From: the human T2T-CHM13v2.0 reference genome, Homo sapiens | Direction: 5' to 3' (one strand) | Assembly (NCBI RefSeq): GCF_009914755.1 | Contig: NC_060948.1 | Length of the DNA: 64,000 nucleotides | Shown: positions 1 through 20,293 of the stretch, piece by piece | Numbering within the stretch: the stretch's first letter is position 1 | How the letters are laid out: the number at the start of each line of letters is the position of its first letter | Program-made: the position numbers and the translations under genes | Notes under the pieces: model-generated | Database searches by the model: none | What the model saw: only the letters and a program-made list of their open reading frames with translations | What the model was told of the DNA's origin: nothing

Positions 1-625
1 ATAATTTACATAAAATATCATAATATAATATATATTATATTATTTCATATTACATAATATATATTACATATCACCCAATATAAGTAACATACATAATATT
101 ATAATATAGATTATGTTATGTTATATTAAATATCATATATATCATGTATCATATATTCTATAATATATATTATACATTATATAATATGTATGTTGTCTAT
201 TATGTGATATATATAACTATATATATAATTACATTATTATACATATAACTAGATAAACATGTAATTTTACATATTTTCATTTATAATATATAGAATTATA
301 TAATCATATATAATTATTTATATTCAATAAAATATTATATCATTATATAAATTATAATATATAAAAATTATAATATGTACTACAAATATATATATTATAT
401 ATCATATATGATATAGTACCTTTGTTATATTTCATAATACATATAAATGTGTATTATGTTATCTATAATTATATAATTACATATATAAGGTGTATAATAT
501 GTATCATATATTATATATGTTATGTAATATATATAGTATATATAAGATGACACAGGATAAATATTATATACTATGACATATAAAATATATGAGGTTATAT
601 GTTACATATAAGGCATAGCACATAA

Positions 626-940
<315 letters not shown>

Positions 941-1510
941 AGATCCATATTTTTTAAATGAAAAAAAATTTCAAAGGTACTCTGCTTGGTACAATAATCA
1001 AATGTATAAACTGAGGAATAAAACATAACCATGAAACCTACTTATAACTGCATATGGAAAATACAGAGGATAATTTTTTAAATAACATATTTTGAAAGCC
1101 TTAACTAGTAATTTGAAGAGTTGGCATTTGAAAGGCCAGTATGAATATACCTTCAAAGCAGCAACACAGGTTCCCCATGAGAAAAAGCAAACACAGGGAA
1201 AATAAAAACACAAAGGTTCAATCTCTTCTGACCTTTGAAAGACACAGCACAGACAGTGGTCCTTAGGACGAAGAGCAGGAGACCCCTAATTCCGTCACCA
1301 TGGCGATAGGGCATAAACATTGCTGGGTGAGGGCACAATCCACATTGTGAGGTCCAACTGCTGCCAGGAAGACAGGAGTGCTTTTACATAGACCGAAAGG
1401 TCATTGAAGGCTCAGAGTTTTGTTTCAAGAACTGAATCCCAAGCCCATACGTTATTAGGCTGCGCTTCTTAAAACAAGTTATGAGATGGGAAAAAGGGCA
1501 CCCACAAACA
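941..1510. repeat. HSATI-type segment of DYZ2 (representative; follows all 16 Alus)
   Basis: ~570-bp complex-sequence block between the Alu 5' end and the AT-rich segment, nearly identical in all units. The name comes from the known DYZ2 structure; the right boundary is approximate. Confidence 0.8.
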
Positions 1511-3357
<1,847 letters not shown>

Positions 3358-5462
3358 AGATCCATATTTTTTAAATGAAAAAAAATTTCAAAGGTACTCT
3401 GCTTGGTACAATAATCAAATGTATAAACTGAGGAATAAAACATAACCATGAAACCTACTTATAACTGCATATGGAAAATACAGAGGATAATTTTTTAAAT
3501 AACATATTTTGAAAGCCTTAACTAGTAATTTGAAGAGCTGGCATTTGAAAGGCCAGTATGAATATACATTCAAATCAGCAACACAGGTTCCCCATGAGAA
3601 AAAGCAAACACAGGGAAAATAAAAACACAAAGGTTCAATCTCTTCTGACCTTTGAAAGACACAGCACAGACAGTGGTCCTTAGGACGAAGAGCAGGAGAC
3701 CCCTAATTCCGTCACCATGGCGATAGGGCATAAACATTGCTGGGTGAGGGCACAATCCACATTGTGAGGTCCAACTGCTGCCAGGAAGACAGGAGTGCTT
3801 TTACATAGACCGAAAGGTCATTGAAGGCTCAGAGTTTTGTTTCAAGAACTGAATCCCAAGCCCACACGTTATTAGGCTGCGCTTCTTAAAACAAGTTATG
3901 AGATGGGAAAAAGGGCACCCACAAACATACGTATACATTATGTATATAATAATATACAGTGTCATATATTTAATATATATAACCTATGTATAATATTGTT
4001 TTACATCCTGCATCTTATGTTATATATATTGTATAAAATATAATAATTGATAATATATAAGTTTTATAATTATACAATATGACATATAGTATATATTATA
4101 ATTTATGACATATATAATATATGTTATATGTCATATATAGAATATATTATACGGTTAATATACGTATTAAATATAAATTACACATTATATATATTATATA
4201 TAATATATCTGTTATATATAATACCCATTATGCATAATATATATATTATGTCTATGTTATATATAGTATAAAACAACATATAATAATATATAATTGTATA
4301 TATAAAATGCGACATATAATATATATTATATTTTATAACATATGTAATATATATTATATATTATATATAATACGTTGTATGTATAATACCTATATTAAAT
4401 ATATATTATATGACTATGTTATTAATTACATGTCACATGTGTTATATATTATATATTTTACATAGAATATACCGGTTACATACAATATATACTATGTTAC
4501 CTATAATGTATAATTTATTACATGTAAAATAAAGAATGCAATATATTATGTATAATTTATAATATACCATATGTGGAATGTGATATATATAACATATAAT
4601 ATATGATATATGATATACAGTATATGATATATAACATACAATATATGATTCCTAATATATATTGTATACAATATATATTTTATGATATGTATTCTATATG
4701 TTTTATATTCTGTTATATATAACTATTTGAAATTATATATAACTGTATAATATTTTATGTAAATATGTAATATAATATATATAACTATATAATATATTAC
4801 ATATAACTATATATTATGTTATATATACTTTTATAACATAATTTACATAAAATATCATAATGTAATATATATTATATTATTTCATATTACATAATATATA
4901 TTACATATCACCCAATATAACTAACATACATAATATTATAATATAGATTATATTGTGTTATATTAAATATCATATATATCATGTATCATATATTCTATAA
5001 TATATATTACACATTATATAATATGTATGTTGTCTATTATGTGATATATATAACTATATATATAATTATATTTTTATACATATAACTAGATAAACATGTA
5101 ATTCTACATATTTTCATTTATAATATGTAGAATTATATAATCATATATAATTATTTATATTCTATAAAAAATTTTATCATTATATAAATTATAATATATA
5201 AAAATTATAATATGTACTACAAATATATATATTATATATCATATATGATATAGTACCTTTGTTATATATCATAATACATATAAATGTGTATTATGTTATC
5301 TATAATTATATAATTTCATATATAAGATGTATAATATGTATCATATATTATATATGTTATGTAATATATATAGTATATATAAGATGACACAGGATAAATA
5401 TTATATACTATGACATATAAAATATATGAGGTTATATGTTACATATAAGGCATAGCACATAA

Positions 5463-5777
<315 letters not shown>

Positions 5778-7905
5778 AGATCCATATTTTTTAAATGAAA
5801 AAAAATTTCAAAGGTACTCTGCTTGGTACAATAATCAAATGTATAAACTGAGGAATAAAACATAACCATGAAACCTACTTATAACTGCATATGGAAAATA
5901 CAGAGGATAATTTTTTAAATAACATATTTTGAAAGCCTTAACTAGTAATTTGAAGAGTTGGCATTTGAAAGGCCAGTATGAATATACCTTCAAATCAGCA
6001 ACACAGGTTCCCCATGAGAAAAAGCAAACACAGGGAAAATAAAAACACAAAGGTTCAATCTCTTTTGACCTTTGAAAGACACAGCACAGACAGTGGTCCT
6101 TAGGACGAAGAGCAGGAGACCCCTAATTCCGTCACCATGGCGATAGGGCATAAACATTGCTGGGTGAGGGCACAATCCACATTGTGAGGTCCAACTGCTG
6201 CCAGGAAGACAGGAGTGCTTTTACATAGACCGAAAGGTCATTGAAGGCTCAGAGTTTTGTTTCAAGAACTGAATCCCAAGCCCACACGTTATTAGGCTGC
6301 GCTTCTTAAAACAAGTTATGAGATGGGAAAAAGGGCACCCACAAACATACGTATACATTATGTATATAATAATATACAGTATCATATATATAATATATAT
6401 AACCTATGTATAATATTGTTTTACATCCTGCATCTTATGTTATATATATTGTATAAAATATAATAATTGATAATATATAAGATTTATAATTATACAATAT
6501 GACATATAGTATATATTATAATTTATGACATATATAATATATGTTATATATCATATGTAGAATATATTATACGGTTAATATACGTATTAAATATAAATTA
6601 TACATTATATATATTATATATAATATATCTGTTATATATAATACCCATTATGCATAATATATATATTATGTCTATGTTATATATAGTATAAAACAACATA
6701 TAATAATATATAATTGTATATATAAAATGCGACAGATAATATATATTATATTTTATAACATATGTAATATATATTATATATTATATATAATACGTTGTAT
6801 GTATAATACCTATATTAAATATATATTATATGACTATGTTATTAATTACATGTCACATGTGTTATATATTATATATTTTACATAGAATATACCGGTTACA
6901 TACAATATATACTATGTTACCTATAATGTGTAATTTATTACATGTAAAATAAAGAATGCAATATATTATGTATAATTTATAATATACAATATGTGGAATG
7001 TGATATATATAACATATAATATATGATATATGATATACAGTATATGATATATAACATACAATATATGATTCCTAATATATATGGTATACAATATATATTT
7101 TATGATATGTATTCTATATGTTTTATATTCTGTTATATATAACTATTTGAAATTATATATAACTGTATAATATTTTATGTAAATATGTAATAGAATATAT
7201 ATAACTATATAATATATTATAGATAACTATATATTATGTTATATATAATTTTATAACATAATTTACATAAAATATCATAATATAATATATATTATATTAT
7301 TTCATATTACATAATATATATTACATATCACCCAATATAACTAACATACATAATATTATAACATAGATTATATTGTGTTATATTAAATATCATATATATC
7401 ATTTATCATATATTCTATAATATATATTACACATTATATAATATGTATGTTGTCTATTATGTGATATATATAACTATATATATAATTATATTTTTATACA
7501 TATAACTAGATAAACATGTAATTCTACATATTTTCATTTATAATATGTAGAATTATATAATCATATATAATTATTTATATTCTATAAAAAATTTTATCAT
7601 TATATAAATTATAATATATAAAAATTATAATATGTACTACAAATATATATATTATATATCATATATGATATAGTACCTTTGTTATATATCATAATACATA
7701 TAAATGTGTATTATGTTATCTATAATTATATAATTTCATATAAAAGATGTATAATATGTATCATATATTATATATGTTATGTAATATATATAGTATATAT
7801 AAGATGACACAGGATAAATATTATATACTATGACATATAAAATATATCAGGTTATATGTTACATATAAGGCATAGCACATAACATGTAATATGTATCATA
7901 TATAA

Positions 7906-8197
7906 TTTTTTTTTAGACAGAATCTTGTCCTGTTGCACAGGGTGGGGTACAATGGCGCCATCTTTGCTCACTGCAACTTCTGCCTCATGGGTCCAAGCGA
8001 TTGTCCTCCCTCAGCCTCCCAGGTAGCTGGGACTACACCACACTGGGACTACACCAGCTGCCACCATGCCTTGCTAATTTTTTGGATTTTTAGTAGTGAC
8101 AGCGTTTCACTGTATTGGCCAGGATGGTCTTGATCTCTTCACCTTGTGATCCCCTTGCCTTGGCCTCCAAATTTGCTGGGATTACAGGCCTGAGCCA
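7906..8197 (-). mobile_element. Alu in DYZ2 unit 4
   Basis: Near-identical to 649-940; CATGGG variant at 7988. Confidence 0.95.
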
Positions 8198-10300
8198 AGA
8201 TCCATATTTTTTAAATGAAAAAAAATTTCAAAGGTACTCTGCTTGGTACAATAATCAAATGTATAAACTGAGGAATAAAACATAACCATGAAACCTACTT
8301 ATAACTGCATATGGAAAATGCAGAGGATAATTTTTTAAATAACATATTTTGAAAGCCTTAACTATTAATTTGAAGAGTTGGCATTTGAAAGGCCAGTATG
8401 AATATACCTTCAAAGCAGCAACACAGGTTCCCCATGAGAAAAAGCAAACACAGGGAAAATAAAAACACAAAGGTTCAATCTCTTCTGACCTTTGAAAGAC
8501 ACAGCACAGACAGTGGTCCTTAGGACGAAGAGCAGGAGACCCCTAATTCCGTCACCATGGCGATAGGGCATAAACATTGCTGGGTGAGGGCACAATCCAC
8601 ATTGTGAGGTCCAACTGCTGCCAGGAAGACAGGAGTGCTTTTACATAGACCGAAAGGTCATTGAAGGCTCAGAGTTTTGTTTCAAGAACTGAATCCCAAG
8701 CCCACACGTTATTAGGCTGCGCTTCTTAAAACAAGTTATGAGATGGGAAAAAGGGCACCCACAAACATACGTATACATTATGTATATAATAATATACAGT
8801 GTCATATATTTAATATATATAACCTATGTATAATATTGTTTTACATCCTGCATCTTATGTTATATATATTGTATAAAATATAATAATTGATAATATATAA
8901 GTTTTATAATTATACAATATGACATATAGTATATATTATAATTTATGACATATATAATATATGTTATATGTCATATATAGAATATATTATACGGTTAATA
9001 TACGTATTAAATATAAATTATACATTATATATATTATATATAATATATCTGTTATATATAATACCCATTATGCATAATATATATATTATGTCTATGTTAT
9101 ATATAGTATAAAACAACATATAATAATATATAATTGTATATATAAAATGCGACATATAATATATATTATATTTTATAACATATGTAATATATATTATATA
9201 TTATATATAATACGTTGTATGTATAATACCTATATTAAATATATATTATATGACTATGTTATTAATTACATGTCACATGTGTTATATATTATATATTTTA
9301 CATAGAATATACCGGTTACATACAATATATACTATGTTACCTATAATGTGTAATTTATTACATGTAAAATAAAGAATGCAATATATTATGTATAATTTAT
9401 AATATACCATATGTGGAATGTGATATATATAACATATAATATATGATATATGGTATACAGTATATGATATATAACATACAATATATGATTCCTAATATAT
9501 ATTGTATACAATATATATTTTATGATATGTATTCTATATGTTTTATATTCTGTTATATATAACTATTTGAAATTATATATAACTGTATAATATTTTATGT
9601 AAATATGTAATATAATATATATAACTATATAATATATTACATATAACTATATATTATGTTATATATACTTTTATAACATAATTTACATAAAATATCATAA
9701 TGTAATATATATTATATTATTTCATATTACATAATATATATTACATATCACCCAATATAACTAACATACATAATATTATAATATAGATTATATTGTGTTA
9801 TATTAAATATCATATATATCATGTATCATATATTCTATAATATATACTACACATTATATAATATGTATGTTGTCTATTATGTGATATATATAACTATATA
9901 TAATTATATTTTTATACATATAACTAGATAAACATGTAATTCTACATATTTTCATTTATAATATGTAGAATTATATAATCATATATAATTATTTATATTC
10001 TATAAAAAATTTTATCATTATATAAATTATAATATATAAAAATTATAATATGTACTACAAATATATATATTATATATCATATATGATATAGTACCTTTGT
10101 TATATATCATAATACATATAAATGTGTATTATGTTATCTATAATTATATAATTTCATATATAAGATGTATAATATGTATCATATATTATATATGTTATGT
10201 AATATATATAGTATATATAAGATGACACAGGATAAATATTATATACTATGACATATAAAATATATCAGGTTATATGTTACATATAAGGCATAGCACATAA

Positions 10301-10615
<315 letters not shown>

Positions 10616-12720
10616 AGATCCATATTTTTTAAATGAAAAAAAATTTCAAAGGTACTCTGCTTGGTACAATAATCAAATGTATAAACTGAGGAATAAAACA
10701 TAACCATGAAACCTACTTATAACTGCATATGGAAAATACAGAGGATAATTTTTTAAATAACATATTTTGAAAGCCTTAACTAGTAATTTGAAGAGTTGGC
10801 ATTTGAAAGGCCAGTATGAATATACCTTCAAAGCAGCAACACAGGTTCCCCATGAGAAAAAGCAAACACAGGGAAAATAAAAACACAAAGGTTCAATCTC
10901 TTCTGACCTTTGAAAGACACAGCACAGACAGTGGTCCTTAGGACGAAGAGCAGGAGACCCCTAATTCCGTCACCATGGCGATAGGGCATAAACATTGCTG
11001 GGTGAGGGCACAATCCACATTGTGAGGTCCAACTGCTGCCAGGAAGACAGGAGTGCTTTTACATAGACCGAAAGGTCATTGAAGGCTCAGAGTTTTGTTT
11101 CAAGAACTGAATCCCAAGCCCACACGTTATTAGGCTGCGCTTCTTAAAACAAGTTATGAGATGGGAAAAAGGGCACCCACAAACATACGTATATATTATG
11201 TATATAATAATATACAGTATCATATATATAATATATATAACCTATGTATAATATTGTTTTACATCCTGCATCTTATGTTATATATATTGTATAAAATATA
11301 ATAATTGATAATATATAAGTTTTATAATTATACAATATGACATATAGTATATATTATAATTTATGACATATATAATATATGTTATATATCATATGTAGAA
11401 TATATTATACGGTTAATATACGTATTAAATATAAATTATACATTATATATATTATATATAATATATCTGTTATATATAATACCCATTATGCATAATATAT
11501 ATATTATGTCTATGTTATATATAGTATAAAACAACATATAATAATATATAATTGTATATATAAAATGCGACAGATAATATATATTATATTTTATAACATA
11601 TGTAATATATATTATATATTATATATAATACGTTGTATGTATAATACCTATATTAAATATATATTATATGACTATGTTATTAATTACATGTCACATGTGT
11701 TATATATTATATATTTTACATAGAATATACCGGTTACATACAATATATACTATGTTACCTATAATGTATAATTTATTACATGTAAAATAAAGAATGCAAT
11801 ATATTATGTATAATTTATAATATACAATATGTGGAATGTGATATATATAACATATAATATATGATATATGATATACAGTATATGATATATAACATACAAT
11901 ATATGATTCCTAATATATATGGTATACAATATATATTTTATGATATGTATTCTATATGTTTTATATTCTGTTATATATAACTATTTGAAATTATATATAA
12001 CTGTATAATATTTTATGTAAATATGTAATATAATATATATAACTATATAATATATCATAGATAACTATATATTATGTTATATATACTTTTATAACATAAT
12101 TTACATAAAATATCATAATATAATATATATTATATTATTTCATATTACATAATATATATTACATATCACCCAATATAACTAACATACATAATATTATAAC
12201 ATAGATTATATTGTGTTATATTAAATATCATATATATCATTTATCATATATTCTATAATATATATTACACATTATATAATATGTATGTTGTCTATTATGT
12301 GATATATATAACTATATATATAATTATATTTTTATACATATAACTAGATAAACATGTAATTCTACATATTTTCATTTATAATATGTAGAATTATATAATC
12401 ATATATAATTATTTATATTCTATAAAAAATTTTATCATAATATAAATTATAATATATAAAAATTATAATATGTACTACAAATATATATATTATATATCAT
12501 ATATGATATAGTACCTTTGTTATATATCATAATACATATAAATGTGTATTATGTTATCTATAATTATATAATTTCATATATAAGATGTATAATATGTATC
12601 ATATATTATATATGTTATGTAATATATATAGTATATATAAGATGACACAGGATAAATATTATATACTATGACATATAAAATATATCAGGTTATATGTTAC
12701 ATATAAGGCATAGCACATAA

Positions 12721-13035
<315 letters not shown>

Positions 13036-15161
13036 AGATCCATATTTTTTAAATGAAAAAAAATTTCAAAGGTACTCTGCTTGGTACAATAATCAAATGT
13101 ATAAACTGAGGAATAAAACATAACCATGAAACCTACTTATAACTGCATATGGAAAATACAGAGGATAATTTTTTAAATAACATATTTTGAAAGCCTTAAC
13201 TAGTAATTTGAAGAGCTGGCATTTGAAAGGCCAGTATGAATATACCTTCAAATCAGCAACACAGGTTCCCCATGAGAAAAAGCAAACACAGGGAAAATAA
13301 AAACACAAAGGTTCAATCTCTTCTGACCTTTGAAAGACACAGCACAGACAGTGGTCCTTAGGACGAAGAGCAGGAGACCCCTAATTCCGTCACCATGGCG
13401 ATAGGGCATAAACATTGCTGGGTGAGGGCACAATCCACATTGTGAGGTCCAACTGCTGCCAGGAAGACAGGAGTGCTTTTACATAGACCGAAAGGTCATT
13501 GAAGGCTCAGAGTTTTGTTTCAAGAACTGAATCCCAAGCCCACACGTTATTAGGCTGCGCTTCTTAAAACAAGTTATGAGATGGGAAAAAGGGCACCCAC
13601 AAACATACGTATACATTATGTATATAATAATATACAGTATCATATATATAATATATATAACCTATGTATAATATTGTTTTACATCCTGCATCTTATGTTA
13701 TATATATTGTATAAAATATAATAATTGATAATATATAAGTTTTATAATTATACAATATGACATATAGTATATATTATAATTTATGACATATATAATATAT
13801 GTTATATATCATATGTAGAATATATTATACGGTTAATATACGTATTAAATATAAATTATACATTATATATATTATATATAATATATCTGTTATATATAAT
13901 ACCCATTATGCATAATATATATATTATGTCTATGTTATATATAGTATAAAACAACATATAATAATATATAATTGTATATATAAAATGCGACATATAATAT
14001 ATATTATATTTTATAACATATGTAATATATATTATATATTATATATAATACGTTGTATGTATAATACCTATATTAAATATATATTATATGACTATGTTAT
14101 TAATTACATGTCACATGTGTTATATATTATATATTTTACATAGAATATACCGGTTACATACAATATATACTATGTTACCTATAATATGTAATTTATTACA
14201 TATAAAATAAAGAATGCAATATATTATGTATAATTTATAATATACAATATGTGGAATGTGATATATATAACATATAATATATGATACATGATATACAGTA
14301 TATGATATATAACATACAATATATGATTCCTAATATATATGGTATACAATATATATTTTATGATATGTATTCTATATGTTTTATATTCTGTTATATATAA
14401 CTATTTGAAATTATATATAACTGCATAATATTTTATGTAAATATGTAATATAATATATAACTATATAATATATTATAGATAACTATATATTATGTTATAT
14501 ATACTTTTATAACATAATTTACATAAAATATCATAATATAATATATATTATATTATTTCATATTACATAATATATATTACATATCACCCAATATAACTAA
14601 CATACATAATATTATAACATAGATTATATTGTGTTATATTAAATATCATATATATCATTTATCATATATTCTATAATATATATTACACATTATATAATAT
14701 GTATGTTGTCTATTATGTGATATATATAACTATATATATAATTATATTTTTATACATATAACTAGATAAACATGTAATTCTACATATTTTCATTTATAAT
14801 ATGTAGAATTATATAATCATATATAATTATTTATATTCTATAAAAAATTTTATCATTATATAAATTATAATATATAAAAATTATAATATGTACTACAAAT
14901 ATATATATTATATATCATATATGATATAGTACCTTTGTTATATATCATAATACATATAAATGTGTATTATGTTATCTATAATTATATAATTTCATATAAA
15001 AGATGTATAATATGTATCATATATTATATATGTTATGTAATATATATAGTATATATAAGATGACACAGGATAAATATTATATACTATGACATATAAAATA
15101 TATCAGGTTATATGTTACATATAAGGCATAGCACATAACATGTAATATGTATCATATATAA

Positions 15162-15453
15162 TTTTTTTTTAGACAGAATCTTGTCCTGTTGCACAGGGTG
15201 GGGTACAATGGCGCCATCTTTGCTCACTGCAACTTCTGCCTCATGGGTCCAAGCGATTGTCCTCCCTCAGCCACCCAGGTAGCTGGGACTACACCACACT
15301 GGGACTACACCAGCTGCCACCATGCCTAGCTAATTTTTTGGATTTTTAGTAGTGACAGCGTTTCACTGTATTGGCCAGGATGGTCTTGATCTCTTCACCT
15401 TGTGATCCCCTTGCCTTGGCCTCCAAATTTGCTGGGATTACAGGCCTGAGCCA
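15162..15453 (-). mobile_element. Alu in DYZ2 unit 7
   Basis: Near-identical to 649-940; CATGGG variant at 15244. Confidence 0.95.
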
Positions 15454-17558
15454 AGATCCATATTTTTTAAATGAAAAAAAATTTCAAAGGTACTCTGCTT
15501 GGTACAATAATCAAATGTATAAACTGAGGAATAAAACATAACCATGAAACCTACTTATAACTGCATATGGAAAATACAGAGGATAATTTTTTAAATAACA
15601 TATTTTGAAAGCCTTAACTAGTAATTTGAAGAGTTGGCATTTGAAAGGCCAGTATGAATATACCTTCAAAGCAGCAACACAGGTTCCCCATGAGAAAAAG
15701 CAAACACAGGGAAAATAAAAACACAAAGGTTCAATCTCTTCTGACCTTTGAAAGACACAGCACAGACAGTGGTCCTTAGGACGAAGAGCAGGAGACCCCT
15801 AATTCCGTCACCATGGCGATAGGGCATAAACATTGCTGGGTGAGGGCACAATCCACATTGTGAGGTCCAACTGCTGCCAGGAAGACAGGAGTGCTTTTAC
15901 ATAGACCGAAAGGTCATTGAAGGCTCAGAGTTTTGTTTCAAGAACTGAATCCCAAGCCCACACGTTATTAGGCTGCGCTTCTTAAAACAAGTTATGAGAT
16001 GGGAAAAAGGGCACCCACAAACATACGTATACATTATGTATATAATAATATACAGTGTCATATATTTAATATATATAACCTATGTATAATATTGTTTTAC
16101 ATCCTGCATCTTATGTTATATATATTGTATAAAATATAATAATTGATAATATATAAGTTTTATAATTATACAATATGACATATAGTATATATTATAATTT
16201 ATGACATATATAATATATGTTATATGTCATATATAGAATATATTATACGGTTAATATACGTATTAAATATAAATTATACATTATATATATTATATATAAT
16301 ATATCTGTTATATATAATACCCATTATGCATAATATATATATTATGTCTATGTTATATATAGTATAAAACAACATATAATAATATATAATTGTATATATA
16401 AAATGCGACATATAATATATATTATATTTTATAACATATGTAATATATATTATATATTATATATAATACGTTGTATGTATAATACCTATATTAAATATAT
16501 ATTATATGACTATGTTATTAATTACATGTCACATGTGTTATATATTATATATTTTACATAGAATATACCGGTTACATACAATATATACTATGTTACCTAT
16601 AATGTGTAATTTATTACATGTAAAATAAAGAATGCAATATATTATGTATAATTTATAATATACAATATGTGGAATGTGATATATATAACATATAATATAT
16701 GATATATGATTTACAGTATATGATATATAACATACAAAATATGATTCCTAATATATATGGTATACAATATATATTTTATGATATGTATTCTATATGTTTT
16801 ATATTCTGTTATATATAACTATTTGAAATTATATATAACTGTATAATATTTTATGTAAATATGTAATATAATATATATAACTATATAATATATTACATAT
16901 AACTATATATTATGTTATATATACTTTTATAACATAATTTACATAAAATATCATAATGTAATATATATTATATTATTTCATATTACATAATATATATTAC
17001 ATATCACCCAATATAACTAACATACATAATATTATAATATAGATTATATTGTGTTATATTAAATATCATATATATCATGTATCATATATTATATAATATA
17101 TATTACACATTATATAATATGTATGTTGTCTATTATGTGATATATATAACTATATATATAATTATATTTTTATACATATAACTAGATAAACATGTAATTC
17201 TACATATTTTCATTTATAATATGTAGAATTATATAATCATATATAATTATTTATATTCTATAAAAAATTTTATCATAATATAAATTATAATATATAAAAA
17301 TTATAATATGTACTACAAATATATATATTATATATCATATATGATATAGTACCTTTGTTATATATCATAATACATATAAATGTGTATTATGTTATCTATA
17401 ATTATATAATTTCATATATAAGATGTATAATATGTATCATATATTATATATGTTATGTAATATATATAGTATATATAAGATGACACAGGATAAATATTAT
17501 ATACTATGACATATAAAATATATGAGGTTATATGTTACATATAAGGCATAGCACATAA

Positions 17559-17873
<315 letters not shown>

Positions 17874-19978
17874 AGATCCATATTTTTTAAATGAAAAAAA
17901 ATTTCAAAGGTACTCTGCTTGGTACAATAATCAAATGTATAAACTGAGGAATAAAACATAACCATGAAACCTACTTATAACTGCATATGGAAAATACAGA
18001 GGATAATTTTTTAAATAACATATTTTGAAAGCCTTAACTAGTAATTTGAAGAGCTGGCATTTGAAAGGCCAGTATGAATATACCTTCAAATCAGCAACAC
18101 AGGTTCCCCATGAGAAAAAGCAAACACAGGGAAAATAAAAACACAAAGGTTCAATCTCTTCTGACCTTTGAAAGACACAGCACAGACAGTGGTCCTTAGG
18201 ACGAAGAGCAGGAGACCCCTAATTCCGTCACCATGGCGATAGGGCATAAACATTGCTGGGTGAGGGCACAATCCACATTGTGAGGTCCAACTGCTGCCAG
18301 GAAGACAGGAGTGCTTTTACATAGACCGAAAGGTCATTGAAGGCTCAGAGTTTTGTTTCAAGAACTGAATCCCAAGCCCACACGTTATTAGGCTGCGCTT
18401 CTTAAAACAAGTTATGAGATGGGAAAAAGGGCACCCACAAACATACGTATACATTATGTATATAATAATATACAGTATCATATATATAATATATATAACC
18501 TATGTATAATATTGTTTTACATCCTGCATCTTATGTTATATATATTGTATAAAATATAATAATTGATAATATATAAGTTTTATAATTATACAATATGACA
18601 TATAGTATATATTATAATTTATGACATATATAATATATGTTATATATCATATGTAGAATATATTATACGGTTAATATACGTATTAAATATAAATTATACA
18701 TTATATATATTATATATAATATATCTGTTATATATAATACCCATTATGCATAATATATATATTATGTCTATGTTATATATAGTATAAAACAACATATAAT
18801 AATATATAATTGTATATATAAAATGCGACATATAATATATATTATATTTTATAACATATGTAATATATATTATATATTATATATAATACGTTGTATGTAT
18901 AATACCTATATTAAATATATATTATATGACTATGTTATTAATTACATGTCACATGTGTTATATATTATATATTTTACATAGAATATACCGGTTACATACA
19001 ATATATACTATGTTACCTATAATGTGTAATTTATTACATGTAAAATAAAGAATGCAATATATTATGTATAATTTATAATATACAATATGTGGAATGTGAT
19101 ATATATAACATATAATATATGATATATGATTTACAGTATATGATATATAACATACAATATATGATTCCTAATATATATGGTATACAATATATATTTTATG
19201 ATATGTATTCTATATGTTTTATATTCTGTTATATATAACTATTTGAAATTATATATAACTGTATAATATTTTATGTAAATATGTAATATAATATATATAA
19301 CTATATAATATATTACATATAACTATATATTATGTTATATATACTTTTATAACATAATTTACATAAAATATCATAATGTAATATATATTATATTATTTCA
19401 TATTACATAATATATATTACATATCACCCAATATAACTAACATACATAATATTATAATATAGATTATATTGTGTTATATTAAATATCATATATATCATGT
19501 ATCATATATTATATAATATATATTACACATTATATAATATGTATGTTGTCTATTATGTGATATATATAACTATATATATAATTATATTTTTATACATATA
19601 ACTAGATAAACATGTAATTCTACATATTTTCATTTATAATATGTAGAATTATATAATCATATATAATTATTTATATTCTATAAAAAATTTTATCATAATA
19701 TAAATTATAATATATAAAAATTATAATATGTACTACAAATATATATATTATATATCATATATGATATAGTACCTTTGTTATATATCATAATACATATAAA
19801 TGTGTATTATGTTATCTATAATTATATAATTTCATATATAAGATGTATAATATGTATCATATATTATATATGTTATGTAATATATATAGTATATATAAGA
19901 TGACACAGGATAAATATTATATACTATGACATATAAAATATATGAGGTTATATGTTACATATAAGGCATAGCACATAA

Positions 19979-20293
<315 letters not shown>

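Noticed and set aside
998-1338. Recurrent 61-aa and 71-aa minus-strand ORFs in HSATI
   Set aside because: Short, non-ATG starts, no recognisable protein. They recur only because the unit is copied, and the 71-aa ORF is lost in several units.
7933-8133. 66-aa plus-strand ORF
   Set aside because: Antisense Alu translation opened by one substitution.
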